From: Longimicrobiales bacterium
GTDB taxonomy: Bacteria > Gemmatimonadota > Gemmatimonadetes > Longimicrobiales > Gaopeijiaceae
Assembly (NCBI GenBank): GCA_963664435.2
Contig: CAXXKM010000003.1
Coordinates: forward strand, 736,001-800,000
Reading direction: 5' to 3'
DNA: 64,000 nt
The notes under the pieces are model-generated. The model saw nothing but the letters and a program-made list of their open reading frames with translations. It searched no databases and was not told the DNA's origin. Below, one piece after another: positions 8,676 through 20,606 of this stretch (position 1 is the stretch's first letter; the number at the start of each line of letters is the position of its first letter). The translations under genes were made by a program, and so were the position numbers.

Positions 8676-10049
8676 CTATGCCACCCCCAGCCCGAACCGC
8701 AGTGCCTCCTCGATGGACGGGTGCAGGAACTCGTATCCCGTGCGTTCCGCCTTTGCCGGGAGGGCGCGCTGCCCGCCCAGGAGCACGGTCCGGCCCATCT
8801 CGCCCATCAGGGCATACACCGCCAACGACGGTACCGCCAGGAGGGTCGGCCGCCGGAGCACTCGGCCCAGCGCGCTCGCGAAGGTGGCGTTGGTGACCGG
8901 CAATGGAGCCGTAACGTTGACGGCTCCGCGAACCTGCGGGGTGACCATCGCGTGCAGGATGAGCCCGAGCGTATCGTCCAGGCCGATCCACGGGAAGTAC
9001 TGCCGCCCGCTCCCCAACCTACCTCCCGCCCCGGCCCGAAAGGCGGGCAGCATCAACTGGAGCGCGCCGCCATCCGGAGACAGCGCCACCCCCTGCCGCA
9101 GATGCACGACCCGGATCCCCGCGCGGCGCGCTGGTGCCGCGGCGAGTTCCCACGCCTTGCACACTTCGGCCAGAAAGCCCCGGCCCGGCCGGCTCTCTTC
9201 GGTGAGCTTCTCGTCGCCGCGATTGCCGTAGAATCCCACCGCGGAGGCGCACACGAGGACCCGCGGAGGCGGCGAAAGACGTGCCGCGGTGTGGGCGATC
9301 CACTCGGTGCCGTTCCTGCGCGACCGCAGGATCTCCTGCTTCTTCGCCGCCGTCCAGCGCGCGCCGACCAGGGGCTCGCCCGCAAGGTGCACGATCGCGT
9401 CCACGCCCTGGAGCCCGTCGTGATCCACCTTCCCCTGCGCGGGATTCCAGTACACGGCGCCGTCGCCGGCCTTGTTGCGTGAGCGCACCAGCCGCAGCAC
9501 GCGATGCCCGCCGGTGGTGAGGAAGTGCCGCAGGTTGCGCCCCAGAAAGCCCGAGCTTCCGCTGATGGCCACGGTGAGCGGCCGCCGCTGCCGATAGCGC
9601 CGGTGCAGGGCGAGATCGTTGGCCAGCCGTTGATGCCGGAAGGCAAAGCCCCGATCGAAGATGCGCTCGATCCTCCGCACGAACGGCGTCGCGTCCACGT
9701 TGAGCGGCGGACCCCAGTCGATCTCGTCCTCTACCCGGCTCCCGCTCTCGCCGTCCGATGAGAAGCGATGCGTGTGCACCCAGTGGCCGAAGGGCCCGCG
9801 CACCTGCTCGTCGCGAAACAGGACATCCTCCTCGTACGCCGTATGGCGGACCGTCCAGGCAACCTTCAGCGGCCCGGGTCCCGCCCGTACCGTGACCGTG
9901 CCGCCATCGGCGATACCGCCCTCGCGCGCCACCACGCGCACATTCTCCCACGGAGGAAGCAGACGCTCCAGGGCACCCGGGCGCATGTGCCACGCGAACA
10001 CCTCCGCGGGCGGATGCGGCAGACGATGGGTGCGCCGGAAGATGGCCAT
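8676..10049 (-). CDS. TIGR01777-family NAD-dependent epimerase with N-terminal SRPBCC domain
   Basis: WH.RPGALERL.PPW SRPBCC part, ISGSSGFLG, VHLAGE, SAVGFYG, GSGRQYFPWI. Confidence 0.88.
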   Translation of the reverse strand: MAIFRRTHRLPHPPAEVFAWHMRPGALERLLPPWENVRVVAREGGIADGGTVTVRAGPGPLKVAWTVRHTAYEEDVLFRDEQVRGPFGHWVHTHRFSSDGESGSRVEDEIDWGPPLNVDATPFVRRIERIFDRGFAFRHQRLANDLALHRRYRQRRPLTVAISGSSGFLGRNLRHFLTTGGHRVLRLVRSRNKAGDGAVYWNPAQGKVDHDGLQGVDAIVHLAGEPLVGARWTAAKKQEILRSRRNGTEWIAHTAARLSPPPRVLVCASAVGFYGNRGDEKLTEESRPGRGFLAEVCKAWELAAAPARRAGIRVVHLRQGVALSPDGGALQLMLPAFRAGAGGRLGSGRQYFPWIGLDDTLGLILHAMVTPQVRGAVNVTAPLPVTNATFASALGRVLRRPTLLAVPSLAVYALMGEMGRTVLLGGQRALPAKAERTGYEFLHPSIEEALRFGLGVA

Positions 10050-10065
10050 GATCGTGGCTACGGCA

Positions 10066-10740
10066 TCAGCCGCGCGGGGTTTCCACGGCGTTCCGGATCG
10101 CCGAGACCCCGGCAGCCACCCCCTGCGGATGCCCGTAGATGGCCGAGCCGGCGACGAGCACGTCCGCGCCCGCGCGGGCGACCCCAGGGGCCGTCGTGGC
10201 GTCGATCCCGCCATCGACCTCGAGCGCCGTGTCCTCTCCCCCGCAGGCGTTCAGCAGTTTGCGCGCCCGCGCCAGCGCGGCGAGCGCGGAGGGGATGAAG
10301 GCCTGTCCCCCGAATCCCGGGTTCACGGACATCACCAGCAGCAGGTCGATGTCGGGAAGGACGGGCGCCGCCGCGTCCACCGGGGTGGCCGGGTTGAGCG
10401 CCACCCCCGGGCGCACCCCCGCCGCGCGGATGCGCTGGATCGTCCGATGCAGGTGCGGACAGGCCTCCTGGTGCACCGTCAGGTAATCCGCCCCGGCGTC
10501 GGCGAACGCCTGGATGTAGCGGTCTGGCGCCTCAATCATGAGGTGCACGTCAACGGGCAGCCGGGTCGCGCGCCGCACTGCCTCCGTGATCGCCGGACCG
10601 ATGGTGATGTTGGGGACGAAGTGGCCGTCCATCACGTCGACGTGGATCCAGTCGACGCCGGCCTCCTCGGCTTCCACCACCTGCTCGGCCAGCCGCCCGA
10701 AGTCGGACGCCAGAATGGATGGGGCGATGCGAACCTTCAT
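10066..10740 (-). CDS. rpe: Ribulose-phosphate 3-epimerase
   Basis: IAPSILASDF, HVDVMDGHFVPN, MSVNPGFGGQ, EVDGGI. Confidence 0.97.
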   Translation of the reverse strand: MKVRIAPSILASDFGRLAEQVVEAEEAGVDWIHVDVMDGHFVPNITIGPAITEAVRRATRLPVDVHLMIEAPDRYIQAFADAGADYLTVHQEACPHLHRTIQRIRAAGVRPGVALNPATPVDAAAPVLPDIDLLLVMSVNPGFGGQAFIPSALAALARARKLLNACGGEDTALEVDGGIDATTAPGVARAGADVLVAGSAIYGHPQGVAAGVSAIRNAVETPRG

Positions 10741-10873
10741 GCCGGCTGCCTCCTCAGCGTGTATCCCTGGACGCCGCAGTCGTCTCCCGCCCCGCCATTA
10801 TCACGATGCCGCATGCCCCGGCCTCCGGTCTTCCACCGCGGCCGCATGCCGATGCGCGGTCCGTGCAGGCCCA

Positions 10874-11581
10874 TCAACCCGTCCCGCCCGGATCGATCGT
10901 GCGCACGCCGCCGGGTGCTGCGACCAGGGCCCGGGTGGTCATCCCCAGAAACATTCCGTTCTCGACGACGCCCGCCCGCGCGCGCAGAGCCCCGTCCAGC
11001 GCCGCCGGATCATCGATGCCTTCCGGGAAGCGCGCGTCCAGAATGTAGTTGCCGTTGGACGTGACGAAACGGCTCCCGTCGGCGGCGCGGCGCAGTGTGA
11101 CCTCGGCCCCGAGCCCCGCCACGAAGGCCTGGTGCCGCGACGAGCCGAAGCGGGTCACCTCCACCGGCAGCGGGCTGCGGGTGCCGAGCCGCTCGACCAC
11201 CTTGCTCCCATCCACGATCACGATGAACCGGTCGGACGCCTGCGCCACGATCTTCTCGCGCAGCAGCGCACCCCCCAGCCCCTTGATCAGGTCGCCCCGC
11301 GGATCTACCTCGTCGGCGCCGTCGACGGTCAGATCGAGGCGCGGCTGTGCGCGCAGCCGCGATACCTGTATCCCGTGCCCGCGCGCGATCTTCGCCGTGC
11401 GCCGGGAGGTCGGCACCCCCACGACGTCATTCACCTCTCCCGCACGCACTCGCTCCCCGAGAAGGTCGAGGAAGAAGCGGATGGTGCTGCCCGTCCCAAG
11501 CCCCAGCACCATCCCGTCGCGGACGTTCTCGAGCGCGTGGGCGGCGGCGGCCCGCTTCAGGGCGTCGGTCTCGGCGGGCAT
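10874..11581 (-). CDS. rpiA: Ribose-5-phosphate isomerase A
   Basis: [28 protein letters not shown]. Confidence 0.97.
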   Translation of the reverse strand: MPAETDALKRAAAAHALENVRDGMVLGLGTGSTIRFFLDLLGERVRAGEVNDVVGVPTSRRTAKIARGHGIQVSRLRAQPRLDLTVDGADEVDPRGDLIKGLGGALLREKIVAQASDRFIVIVDGSKVVERLGTRSPLPVEVTRFGSSRHQAFVAGLGAEVTLRRAADGSRFVTSNGNYILDARFPEGIDDPAALDGALRARAGVVENGMFLGMTTRALVAAPGGVRTIDPGGTG

Positions 11582-11666
11582 GTCCCGGATGCGTGACCTC
11601 GCTGTGCGTCGTCGATAGTGAAAGTCGTCCGGATCGGAAGTAAACGCGGTCCGGACGCGAGTTCGC

Positions 11667-12566
11667 CTAGGACGGGAACCGGCTCAGGATCTCCTTCACC
11701 TGGCGCACGATGTCGAGCGCCTCCTCGAAGGGGCGCTGCCACATGTTGCGGCCGAAGATGAGGCCGGTGGCCCCGGACTCCATCGAGATCCTCACCTTGT
11801 CCAGCATGTCCTCGTCGGAGAGCTTGCTGCCGCCGCTCACCAGCACCATGGTGCGGCCCGCGGAGCGGAAGACGCGCCGCGCACCCTCCGCGTAGGTGTG
11901 GACGATCTCGGCATACTTGCCCGGCTGCGCAGGGTTGGGGCCGATCGCCGGCGGGATCACCAGCTTGGCGATGTCGGCGCCGAGCTCCAGTGCCGTGCGC
12001 GCCGCGTAGTCGACCGCGTAGAGCGAGGTCGCGCCTCCCTTCGCATCGATGGCCTCGCCGCGCGGATACGACCAGACCACCAGCGGCATCCCGAAGCGCT
12101 CGGAGTCCTGGCGCACCCGGCGCAACTGGGCGAAGTCGTCGTCCTGCCGCGGCGTGCCCACATAGAGCGTGTAGCCGACCGCGTCGGCCCCGATGCGCAC
12201 CGCGTCTTCGACGGTGGACGTGAGCGGCGAAAGCGCCTTGTTCGCCGGCGGTATGTTGGTCTTGCCGTTCAGCTTCAGGATGAGCGGCACCTGGCCCGCA
12301 TACTTCGGCATGTACTTGCGCGCGAGCCCGTAGTGGCAGGCGATCGCGTTGAAGCCGCCCTCGACCGCCAGCCGCCACTGGAATTCGGGATCCTGCGACG
12401 GGGGGTTGGGGAAGAAGTCGATCGGCCCGTGCTCGAGCCCCTGGTCGATGGGCAGGGCGAGCATGGTGCCGTTCCCGAGGCCGTGGCGGTAGAGGATCCG
12501 GTGGAGGCGCGCGCGCTTGCCGAGGTCGATGTCGAGGTCGTGGAGCGAGGGTCGGGTCGTCGTCAT
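11667..12566 (-). CDS. fbaB: Class I (DhnA-type) fructose-bisphosphate aldolase
   Basis: [32 protein letters not shown]; start set at ATG 12566. Confidence 0.88.
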   Translation of the reverse strand: MTTTRPSLHDLDIDLGKRARLHRILYRHGLGNGTMLALPIDQGLEHGPIDFFPNPPSQDPEFQWRLAVEGGFNAIACHYGLARKYMPKYAGQVPLILKLNGKTNIPPANKALSPLTSTVEDAVRIGADAVGYTLYVGTPRQDDDFAQLRRVRQDSERFGMPLVVWSYPRGEAIDAKGGATSLYAVDYAARTALELGADIAKLVIPPAIGPNPAQPGKYAEIVHTYAEGARRVFRSAGRTMVLVSGGSKLSDEDMLDKVRISMESGATGLIFGRNMWQRPFEEALDIVRQVKEILSRFPS

Positions 12567-12742
12567 GGAATCGTTGTGAAGGGGGCTGTCGTGACGGACG
12601 GGTTGACTATATTGGGGCGCCGAGCGCGCCCGGAATCTATTCGGACGCCACAGAAGCGGAAAGGCATTCGGACGCCCGGGAACCTCGTTCGCGGGCACTC
12701 ACGCAACCAGGCACGGGCACAGGCTTCGAATCGGAGAAGCAG

Positions 12743-13765
12743 ATGATTCTCGTTACCCGCAAGGGCATCACCGAGGAAGAACTCGACCACATCCGCGAAC
12801 GCGTGGAGTCGCTCGGGCTGCGCACGCACGTGTCGAGGGGCGAGACGCTCACCGTCGTGGGGTGCATCGGCGACGAAGGGCGTCTCCAGCACGTGCCCCT
12901 GCTCTCGATCCCGGGCGTGGTGGCCGCGCACCCGGTGATGAAGCCCTACAAGCTGGCCTCTCGGGAATTCGCGGCGGATCCGACCAGGATTCCCCTGGGC
13001 GGGGTGGAGGTCGGGGGACGCGGTGTGGTGGTGGTCGCCGGCCCCTGCTCGGTGGAGGGCGCCGACATGCTGCACGAGACCGCCGCGCGCGTTCGTGCCG
13101 CGGGGGCGCACGGCATACGCGGCGGCGCCTTCAAGCCCCGCTCGTCACCCTATTCCTTCCAGGGGATGGGCGAGCCGGGTCTGGAGTTGCTGGTGAACGT
13201 GCGCAAGACCCACGGACTCCCGATCGTAACCGAAGTCATGGACACCCGGCAGGTGGAGATGGTGGCGGGGTACGCCGACGTGCTCCAGATCGGCACCCGA
13301 AACATGCAGAACTTCAACCTGCTGACCGAGGTCGGAAGGGTGCACAGGCCGGTCCTTCTGAAGCGAGGCATGTCCGCCACCATCAAGGATCTGTTGATGT
13401 CGGCGGAATACATCATGCAGCAGGGCAACAGCCAGGTCATCCTGTGCGAGCGCGGCATCCGCACCTTCGAGACGATCACCCGCAACACCTTCGACCTGGC
13501 CGCCATACCGGTCCTGAAGAAGGAGACCCACCTGCCGGTGATCGCCGACCCCAGCCACGCGGGCGGACGGCGCGACCTGGTGGCGGCGCTGGCGTTCGCG
13601 GCCATCGCGGCCGGGGCGGACGGTCTCCTGGTGGAGGTGCACCCGAATCCCGAATCCGCGTGGTCGGACGGCGACCAGTCGCTGGACTTCGGGGAGTTCG
13701 AGCGGATGATGGGACAGCTGGCCCCGTTCGCGGAGGCCGCGGGAAGGACGCTGGTTGCGCTGTAG
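12743..13765 (+). CDS. aroF: 3-deoxy-7-phosphoheptulonate (DAHP) synthase, type I-beta
   Basis: [37 protein letters not shown]. Confidence 0.95.
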   Translation: MILVTRKGITEEELDHIRERVESLGLRTHVSRGETLTVVGCIGDEGRLQHVPLLSIPGVVAAHPVMKPYKLASREFAADPTRIPLGGVEVGGRGVVVVAGPCSVEGADMLHETAARVRAAGAHGIRGGAFKPRSSPYSFQGMGEPGLELLVNVRKTHGLPIVTEVMDTRQVEMVAGYADVLQIGTRNMQNFNLLTEVGRVHRPVLLKRGMSATIKDLLMSAEYIMQQGNSQVILCERGIRTFETITRNTFDLAAIPVLKKETHLPVIADPSHAGGRRDLVAALAFAAIAAGADGLLVEVHPNPESAWSDGDQSLDFGEFERMMGQLAPFAEAAGRTLVAL

Positions 13766-13807
13766 CTGCTGACAACCGTCGTCAGGATCGAGGCGTGAGA
13801 TGCTCGA

Positions 13808-15213
13808 TCAATCCGCTCCGAGCGCCTCCCGCGCCTGCTCCAGCTGCGCGGCCACCGCCTCGCGGCCCGTGCCTCCGCTCACCCCGCGCGCATCCGCGGA
13901 CCGGACCGGGTCGAAGACCTCCGCGACTCCGGGACCAAACGCCGAGTGTTCCTCCGCGAGCACGTCGGCGGACAGTTCCGCGATCGAGCAGCCGAGCGCT
14001 TCCGCACGGCGCACCACCCGCCCCACGACCTCGTGGCTGGTGCGGAAGGGCACGTCCTTCCTGACCAGGTAGTCGGCCAGATCGGTCGCCAGGAGCGCGG
14101 GATCCAGCGCGGCCCGCATGCGCGCGGGCCGGAAAGCCGCGCCGCCGATGGCCCCGGCCACGGCCGGCAGGGTGAGCTCCAGGGTGTCGACCGTGTCGTA
14201 AAGAGGGGCCTTGTCGTCCTGGAGGTCGCGGTTGTACCCGGTCGGCAGCCCCTTCAACTGGATCAACATGGAAACCAGGTTGCCCACCAGGCGCCCGCTC
14301 TTGCCGCGGGCGAGTTCGGCCACGTCGGGGTTCTTCTTCTGCGGCATCAGGCTCGAGCCGGTGCAGTAGCCGTCTGAGAGCTTCAGGAACCCGAACTCCT
14401 CGGAGGCGAAGAGCACCAGATCCTCGCACAGACGCGAGACATGCACCCCGATCATCGCCCCCGCGAACAGGACCGAGACGATCCAGTCGCGGTCGCCCAC
14501 CGCGTCCATGCTGTTGGGAGTCACGGAACGGAAGCCCAGCTCGCGGGCCATCGCGGCGCGGTCGACCGCGAAGGGGCACCCGCCGATGGCCCCCGCGCCC
14601 AGCGGCAGCACGGCGGCCTCGTCGGCGGCGGAGCGGAGGCGGGCCCGGTCGCGCACCAGCGGCCAGACGTGCGAGAGCGCCCAGTGGGCGGCGCGCACCG
14701 GCTGCGCCCGCTGCAGGTGCGTGTAGCCGGGCATCACCAGCTCCTGCGACTCGGCGGCAAGATCGACCAGGGCGCTGCCCAGCCGGACTACCTGACCGTC
14801 GAGAGAAGCCACAGCGTCCATGCCCCACAAACGCACGTCGGTGGCCGCCTGATCGTTGCGCGAACGGCCCGTGTGCAGCCTGGCGCCCGCCTCGCCCACC
14901 TCCTCGACGAGCAGCCGCTCCACCAGGGAGTGAATGTCCTCGTCCTCCACCGTGGCGGGATCGATCCCCTCGAGGCGGGTCGCCACCACCTCCAGGCCGG
15001 CGTCGATGTCCTGCCATTCCGCGTGGGTGAGGACGCCGGCGCGCACGAGCGCCCGCGCCCAGGTGCGGCTGGCGCGCACGTCCTGGCGCCAGAAGCGGAA
15101 GTCCACGTCCAGAGAACGGTTGAGGCGCGCCATCTCGGAGGCCATGGGCTCGGCGAAACGGCCGCCCCACAGCCCGTGGCCGGGACTGCCGGATCCTGTC
15201 GCGCCTGGGTCGG

Positions 15214-15217
<4 letters not shown>
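13808..15217 (-). CDS. argH: Argininosuccinate lyase
   Basis: LWGGRF, HTGRSRNDQ, GYTHLQ, GSSLMPQKKNPD. Confidence 0.97.
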
Positions 15218-16425
<1,208 letters not shown>

Positions 16426-16444
16426 GGTGTTTCCCTCTTCGTGA

Positions 16445-16894
16445 CTAGGGGCTTGCCTCGGCCCCCACGGCGTCGGCGACGAACCCGCGAATGACGTCCG
16501 GCTCGAAGCCGAGGCTGCGTCCGACCTCCTCGCCGTCGCGGAACAGCAGGATCGTCGGCACGCTGCGGATGGCGTAGCGCTGACACTGGTCGACGGAACG
16601 GTCGCTGTCGATCTTCACCACCAGGAGCCTCCCCCGCTCCGACGCCGCGATCTCGTCCAGAAGGGGAACGACCAGCTTACAGGGACCGCACCAGTCCGCG
16701 TAGAAGTCCGCGAGCACCGGTACGCCGGCCTCGAGCACGGTGGCCTCGAAGTCCTCAGCCTCGACCTTGACGGGCCGATCGATGAGGATCGGCCGCGAAC
16801 AGTTCCCGCACCTGGGCCCGGTACGCGCCTCCGCCAGATCGATCCGGTTCAGGGAGCCGCAGAACGCGCATCTCAGACTGGTGAAATCGCTCAA
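16445..16894 (-). CDS. trxC: Thioredoxin with N-terminal zinc finger (TrxC type)
   Basis: CAFC...CGNC zinc finger and WCGPC active site; TTG start at 16894 lies 8 nt after GGAG. Confidence 0.88.
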   Translation of the reverse strand: MSDFTSLRCAFCGSLNRIDLAEARTGPRCGNCSRPILIDRPVKVEAEDFEATVLEAGVPVLADFYADWCGPCKLVVPLLDEIAASERGRLLVVKIDSDRSVDQCQRYAIRSVPTILLFRDGEEVGRSLGFEPDVIRGFVADAVGAEASP

Positions 16895-16975
16895 GGCCGG
16901 ATCTCCGCCGGGTGTGGCTCGCGTCAGGCCGGATCCCGCTTCCGGCTGCGCGCAAACGTTACCACGGGCGCACAC

Positions 16976-19282
16976 TCAACGGAAGGCATAGGTGAGGCTG
17001 GCCACCACCAGGCGGCCGATCTCGGGCGCCCCGATGAACTCCTGGTGACGGTCGTCGAGGAGATTGGTGCCGGTGAGCGCGGCACTTGCGCGCGGCAGGC
17101 CCGGAACCGGAAGACGTACCTGGACATCGAGCACCGTGTACCCCTCCACGTCCCCGGCATAGACGCCGGCGTTGGCGTAGAAGCCGCGCTGGCGTCGCAT
17201 GCGCGCCTCCGCGAAAAGGCCCGGGTCCGCCCCCTCATGGCGAATCGAAAGGCTGCTCTTCGTCTTCGGCAGGTTGAGGGAGATGTCCTCCAGGTCCGAA
17301 CAGTCGGTTGCGGCATTCTCGACGAAGTCGAAGCACTGCTCGCTGAAGTGCGCGTGCGTGCCCTCGAGAGAGAGCGTGGGGGTCAGCGAGACCTCCGCGG
17401 AGAGGCCGACGGTCGAGAAGTCGACCTTGCCGTAGTTTCGATAGGTAAGCAGCAGGCCCGGCGTCGTCACCTGGTCCGGCATGATGGTTCCGACCGGGAG
17501 CTCCAGAACCAGGTTGGTGAGGTCGTGAATCAGAAGGTCCCGCAGTTCGGGATAGACGATCCCCAGCCTGACCATCGGCTCCACGCGCTTCTCGATGAAC
17601 GCGCGCGTGGACGCCGGCTCGAAGAAGACGGTCGGGGTTTCGACCCGGAGCGGGCCGATGAAGTTGTCGATGGAGGAACGCCCGATCGTCGCCGAGACGC
17701 GGCCCCGTCCTTCGGCTTCGATCCGATACCCGAGCGAGAGCGAGTTGATGATGGTGGGCTCGAGCGGATCGATGGGTTCGACGCCGATGGGGCGACCCAG
17801 CACCTCCTCCCCCAGGAAGGGAGGCCGGCCGGCGGTCCACTCCTTCTGATTGAAAAGGAGGAGCCGCGGCAGGAGCTCTCCCGGCTCCGGGTCTCTGAAG
17901 AACGGCCGCAGGGGTCGAAGCGCCAGGGGGTCGCTGGCCGCCGCGATCTCCACCAGCGTATTCCAGAGCACCGCCGGATCCGCCGGCAGCTTCTCGCCGG
18001 GCGCAAGCGGCGAGCGCATGCACATGCCCCCGAAGCCTCCCGGGCAGCGGTCGTTGAACGTGAAGCCACCCTGGGGGACGCCGCGCGCGAGGATGTCGTA
18101 GATGAGCACGCCGGCCGTCATTCTCCCCGCCCCGACATCCAGGAGGTGGTGGTCCGGCGAAGGCATGAATGCGATGCGCGCGCCGCTCGCGAGAAAACTG
18201 TGGCCCCTCGCGGGCCGGAAGATCAGGCTCGCGACCGGGGACAGGTTGAGACCTTCGACGCGGGAGTGACGCTCGACCTGCACGGCCCCCGCCACGTCCA
18301 GCCAACTGGTTATGCGTGTGAAGGCGTCCAGGTAGCCTCCGGCGATCAGGATGTCGTCCGCGTCCTCATGGACCCCCGTCACCGTGCCGCCCGTGGAGGG
18401 GCGCACGCCGCGGACGTCCAGACCGTACCGAACGTTGTGCCGGTCGCCCAGACGGGTTGAGTGACCGATGCGGCCGGAAAAGGACAGCGACCCGTCCTCA
18501 ATCGCCCGGGCGGTGCGGTAGAACTCGGCCTCCCCCGCCCCGCGTCCGCGCACCAGGGCGTCGGCCGACAGGCCGCCCCGGCGGTAGCGCGCCAGTCCGT
18601 GCCAGCGGGTCCAGCTGCGGGCGTAGGCGGCGCCGACCTCGGTGAGCTGGTTGCCGCGCAAGCGGTCCAGGCCACCCTCGAAGACCCAGCCCTCGGGGTC
18701 GTCCGGGCGCAGGTCGTAGCGGACCCCGGCGCCCCATCGCTCCAGCTGGTCGTCGCGCGCCGGGAGGAGCGCACTGTTCTGGCGCAGCCGCTCCTCGACC
18801 GGGTCCGCGAACGGCCAGTCGGTACCACGCAGGTAGTGGCCCGCCGCCTCGAAGAGAGCACCGCTCCCAACCCGGTCGGCATGCCGGAATCGCCCGCCCG
18901 CGAGCGCCCGCCCACCCCCGTAGAGCGTCGCCTCGGTACCCGTCGAGTCGCCGCGCGAGGGAGGCCCAAGGCCATACGGGAACGAGAACGGGGTCCACGT
19001 CCACGGGTCGTGATCCCGGCCAACCGGCAGGAGGCTGCCCGCGAACGCGTCCGTCAAGTGGGGCCCGATGAACACCCGCTGCACCAGTCCGGCCTCGAGG
19101 GGTGGTCTCCGGTCGAAATACAGACCCTGGGCCTCGACCGCCCGCGGCGTCGGGTCGAGCGCGAGCCATGTCAGCGCAAGGACGAGCGGGACTCGTCGCG
19201 GCAACCGGCATGGTGGAAGTGCCGGGAGTCGCGGGACTTCCGGGGGTCGCGGGATCAGCGGACAGTGCGGGGAGGTCGGCAT
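16976..19282 (-). CDS. TonB-dependent-receptor-like outer membrane beta-barrel with apparently reduced plug
   Basis: Signal-like segment ending VEAQ, amphipathic strands, and C-terminal TNLLDDRHQEFIGAPEIGRLVVASLTYAFR. Start uncertain. Confidence 0.72.
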   Translation of the reverse strand: MPTSPHCPLIPRPPEVPRLPALPPCRLPRRVPLVLALTWLALDPTPRAVEAQGLYFDRRPPLEAGLVQRVFIGPHLTDAFAGSLLPVGRDHDPWTWTPFSFPYGLGPPSRGDSTGTEATLYGGGRALAGGRFRHADRVGSGALFEAAGHYLRGTDWPFADPVEERLRQNSALLPARDDQLERWGAGVRYDLRPDDPEGWVFEGGLDRLRGNQLTEVGAAYARSWTRWHGLARYRRGGLSADALVRGRGAGEAEFYRTARAIEDGSLSFSGRIGHSTRLGDRHNVRYGLDVRGVRPSTGGTVTGVHEDADDILIAGGYLDAFTRITSWLDVAGAVQVERHSRVEGLNLSPVASLIFRPARGHSFLASGARIAFMPSPDHHLLDVGAGRMTAGVLIYDILARGVPQGGFTFNDRCPGGFGGMCMRSPLAPGEKLPADPAVLWNTLVEIAAASDPLALRPLRPFFRDPEPGELLPRLLLFNQKEWTAGRPPFLGEEVLGRPIGVEPIDPLEPTIINSLSLGYRIEAEGRGRVSATIGRSSIDNFIGPLRVETPTVFFEPASTRAFIEKRVEPMVRLGIVYPELRDLLIHDLTNLVLELPVGTIMPDQVTTPGLLLTYRNYGKVDFSTVGLSAEVSLTPTLSLEGTHAHFSEQCFDFVENAATDCSDLEDISLNLPKTKSSLSIRHEGADPGLFAEARMRRQRGFYANAGVYAGDVEGYTVLDVQVRLPVPGLPRASAALTGTNLLDDRHQEFIGAPEIGRLVVASLTYAFR

Positions 19283-19535
19283 GACTGGGGCTCCGTGGTG
19301 TGGATCCCGCTCCGAAGGAGCCGCTTTTGGGGGAGCACGCGGAATCGCAGCCCGCGATCCCGGAGTGGCGATCGGCCGCGTCGTGGCGTGCGCCGCAAGT
19401 ATCCCGCCGGGCGACGGTTGTTCCGACTGAGGCTCGGATGGCTGGCCCTTCACTCACTGGCGCGGGCGCCGGGCGTGGCGCATCATCCCCGATTGTCGCG
19501 CCGGTCCCCTGCCCCCGCTCCCCGGAGTTCCCCGA

Positions 19536-20525
19536 ATCGAACCGCTCGTAACGCTGGACGCCGTCCAGGAGGCCCGGGCCCGCATCGGCGCCCGGCTGCA
19601 CCGCACTCCGGTGATGTCGTCGCGGCGCTTGAGCCACCAGGCGGGCGTACCGCTTCGGCTCAAGATGGAGAGCCTGCAGAAGACCGGTTCCTTCAAGGTG
19701 CGGGGGGCGCTCAACAAGGTGCTGGTTGCCGGTGAGGCGGCCCGCCGCGGGGTGGTTACGGTGTCGGCCGGGAACCACGCGCAGGCGCTGGCGTGGGCGG
19801 CGGGATGCGTGGATGTGCCGTGTGCCGTGGTCATGCCGGCGGGCGCCTCCGAGACCAAGGCGCGGGCGAGCGCCGGCTACGGGGCGGAAGTGGTCGTCGC
19901 CGCCGACGTGCACCAGGCCTTCGACCTGGCGGAATCCCTGGCGCGCGACCGGGGGATGCTCTTCACCCACCCGTTCGACGACCCCGCGGTCATCGCCGGC
20001 CACGGCACCACCGCGCTCGAGCTGGCCGAGCAGGCCGCGGACCTGGACCTGGTGGTGGTGCCGGTGGGCGGCGGCGGTCTGATCGCGGGGGTGGCGGCGG
20101 CGTTGAAGCGCCTGCGGCCGGAGGTGCGCATCTTCGGCGTGGAACCGCGCGGGGCCGCGGCCATGTCCGAGAGCCTGCGCATCGGGCGGGCGGCCCGTCT
20201 GGACCGCGTCGGCTCCGTCGCGGACGGACTCGCCCCACCCATGGCGGGCGAAATCACATACCTGCACGTACGCGCTCTGGTGGACGGTGTCGTGCGGGTG
20301 AGCGACGCCCAGATCACCGCCGCCGTGCGCGCGCTGGCCGAGACCACCAGAATGGTGGTGGAACCCGCGGGGGCGGCCGGGGTGGCCGCGCTCCTGTGCG
20401 GACGCATTCCCGACCTGGGCGCGGGCCCGGCCGGGGTGATCGTCTCGGGCGGGAACGTAGACTCGAGTCTTCTGGCGGAGATACTGGACCCGGAGCGCGC
20501 GGGAGGCGCTGCGCCCCCGTCCTGA
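19536..20525 (+). CDS. PLP-dependent threonine/serine dehydratase (no regulatory domain)
   Basis: ESLQKTGSFKVRGA, SAGNHAQ, VPVGGGGL, VSGGNVD. The conserved N-terminus (VTLDAVQEARARI...RTP) extends upstream of the track's GTG at 19611 to an ATC after GGAG. Confidence 0.88.
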   Translation: MEPLVTLDAVQEARARIGARLHRTPVMSSRRLSHQAGVPLRLKMESLQKTGSFKVRGALNKVLVAGEAARRGVVTVSAGNHAQALAWAAGCVDVPCAVVMPAGASETKARASAGYGAEVVVAADVHQAFDLAESLARDRGMLFTHPFDDPAVIAGHGTTALELAEQAADLDLVVVPVGGGGLIAGVAAALKRLRPEVRIFGVEPRGAAAMSESLRIGRAARLDRVGSVADGLAPPMAGEITYLHVRALVDGVVRVSDAQITAAVRALAETTRMVVEPAGAAGVAALLCGRIPDLGAGPAGVIVSGGNVDSSLLAEILDPERAGGAAPPS

Positions 20526-20606
20526 GTTGCACGCGCCACATCTCCGGGAAAACTTCATCCCTGAAGGCAGCAGCGCGGCCCATCATCCTCGAGGAGAGAA
20601 AAGACC

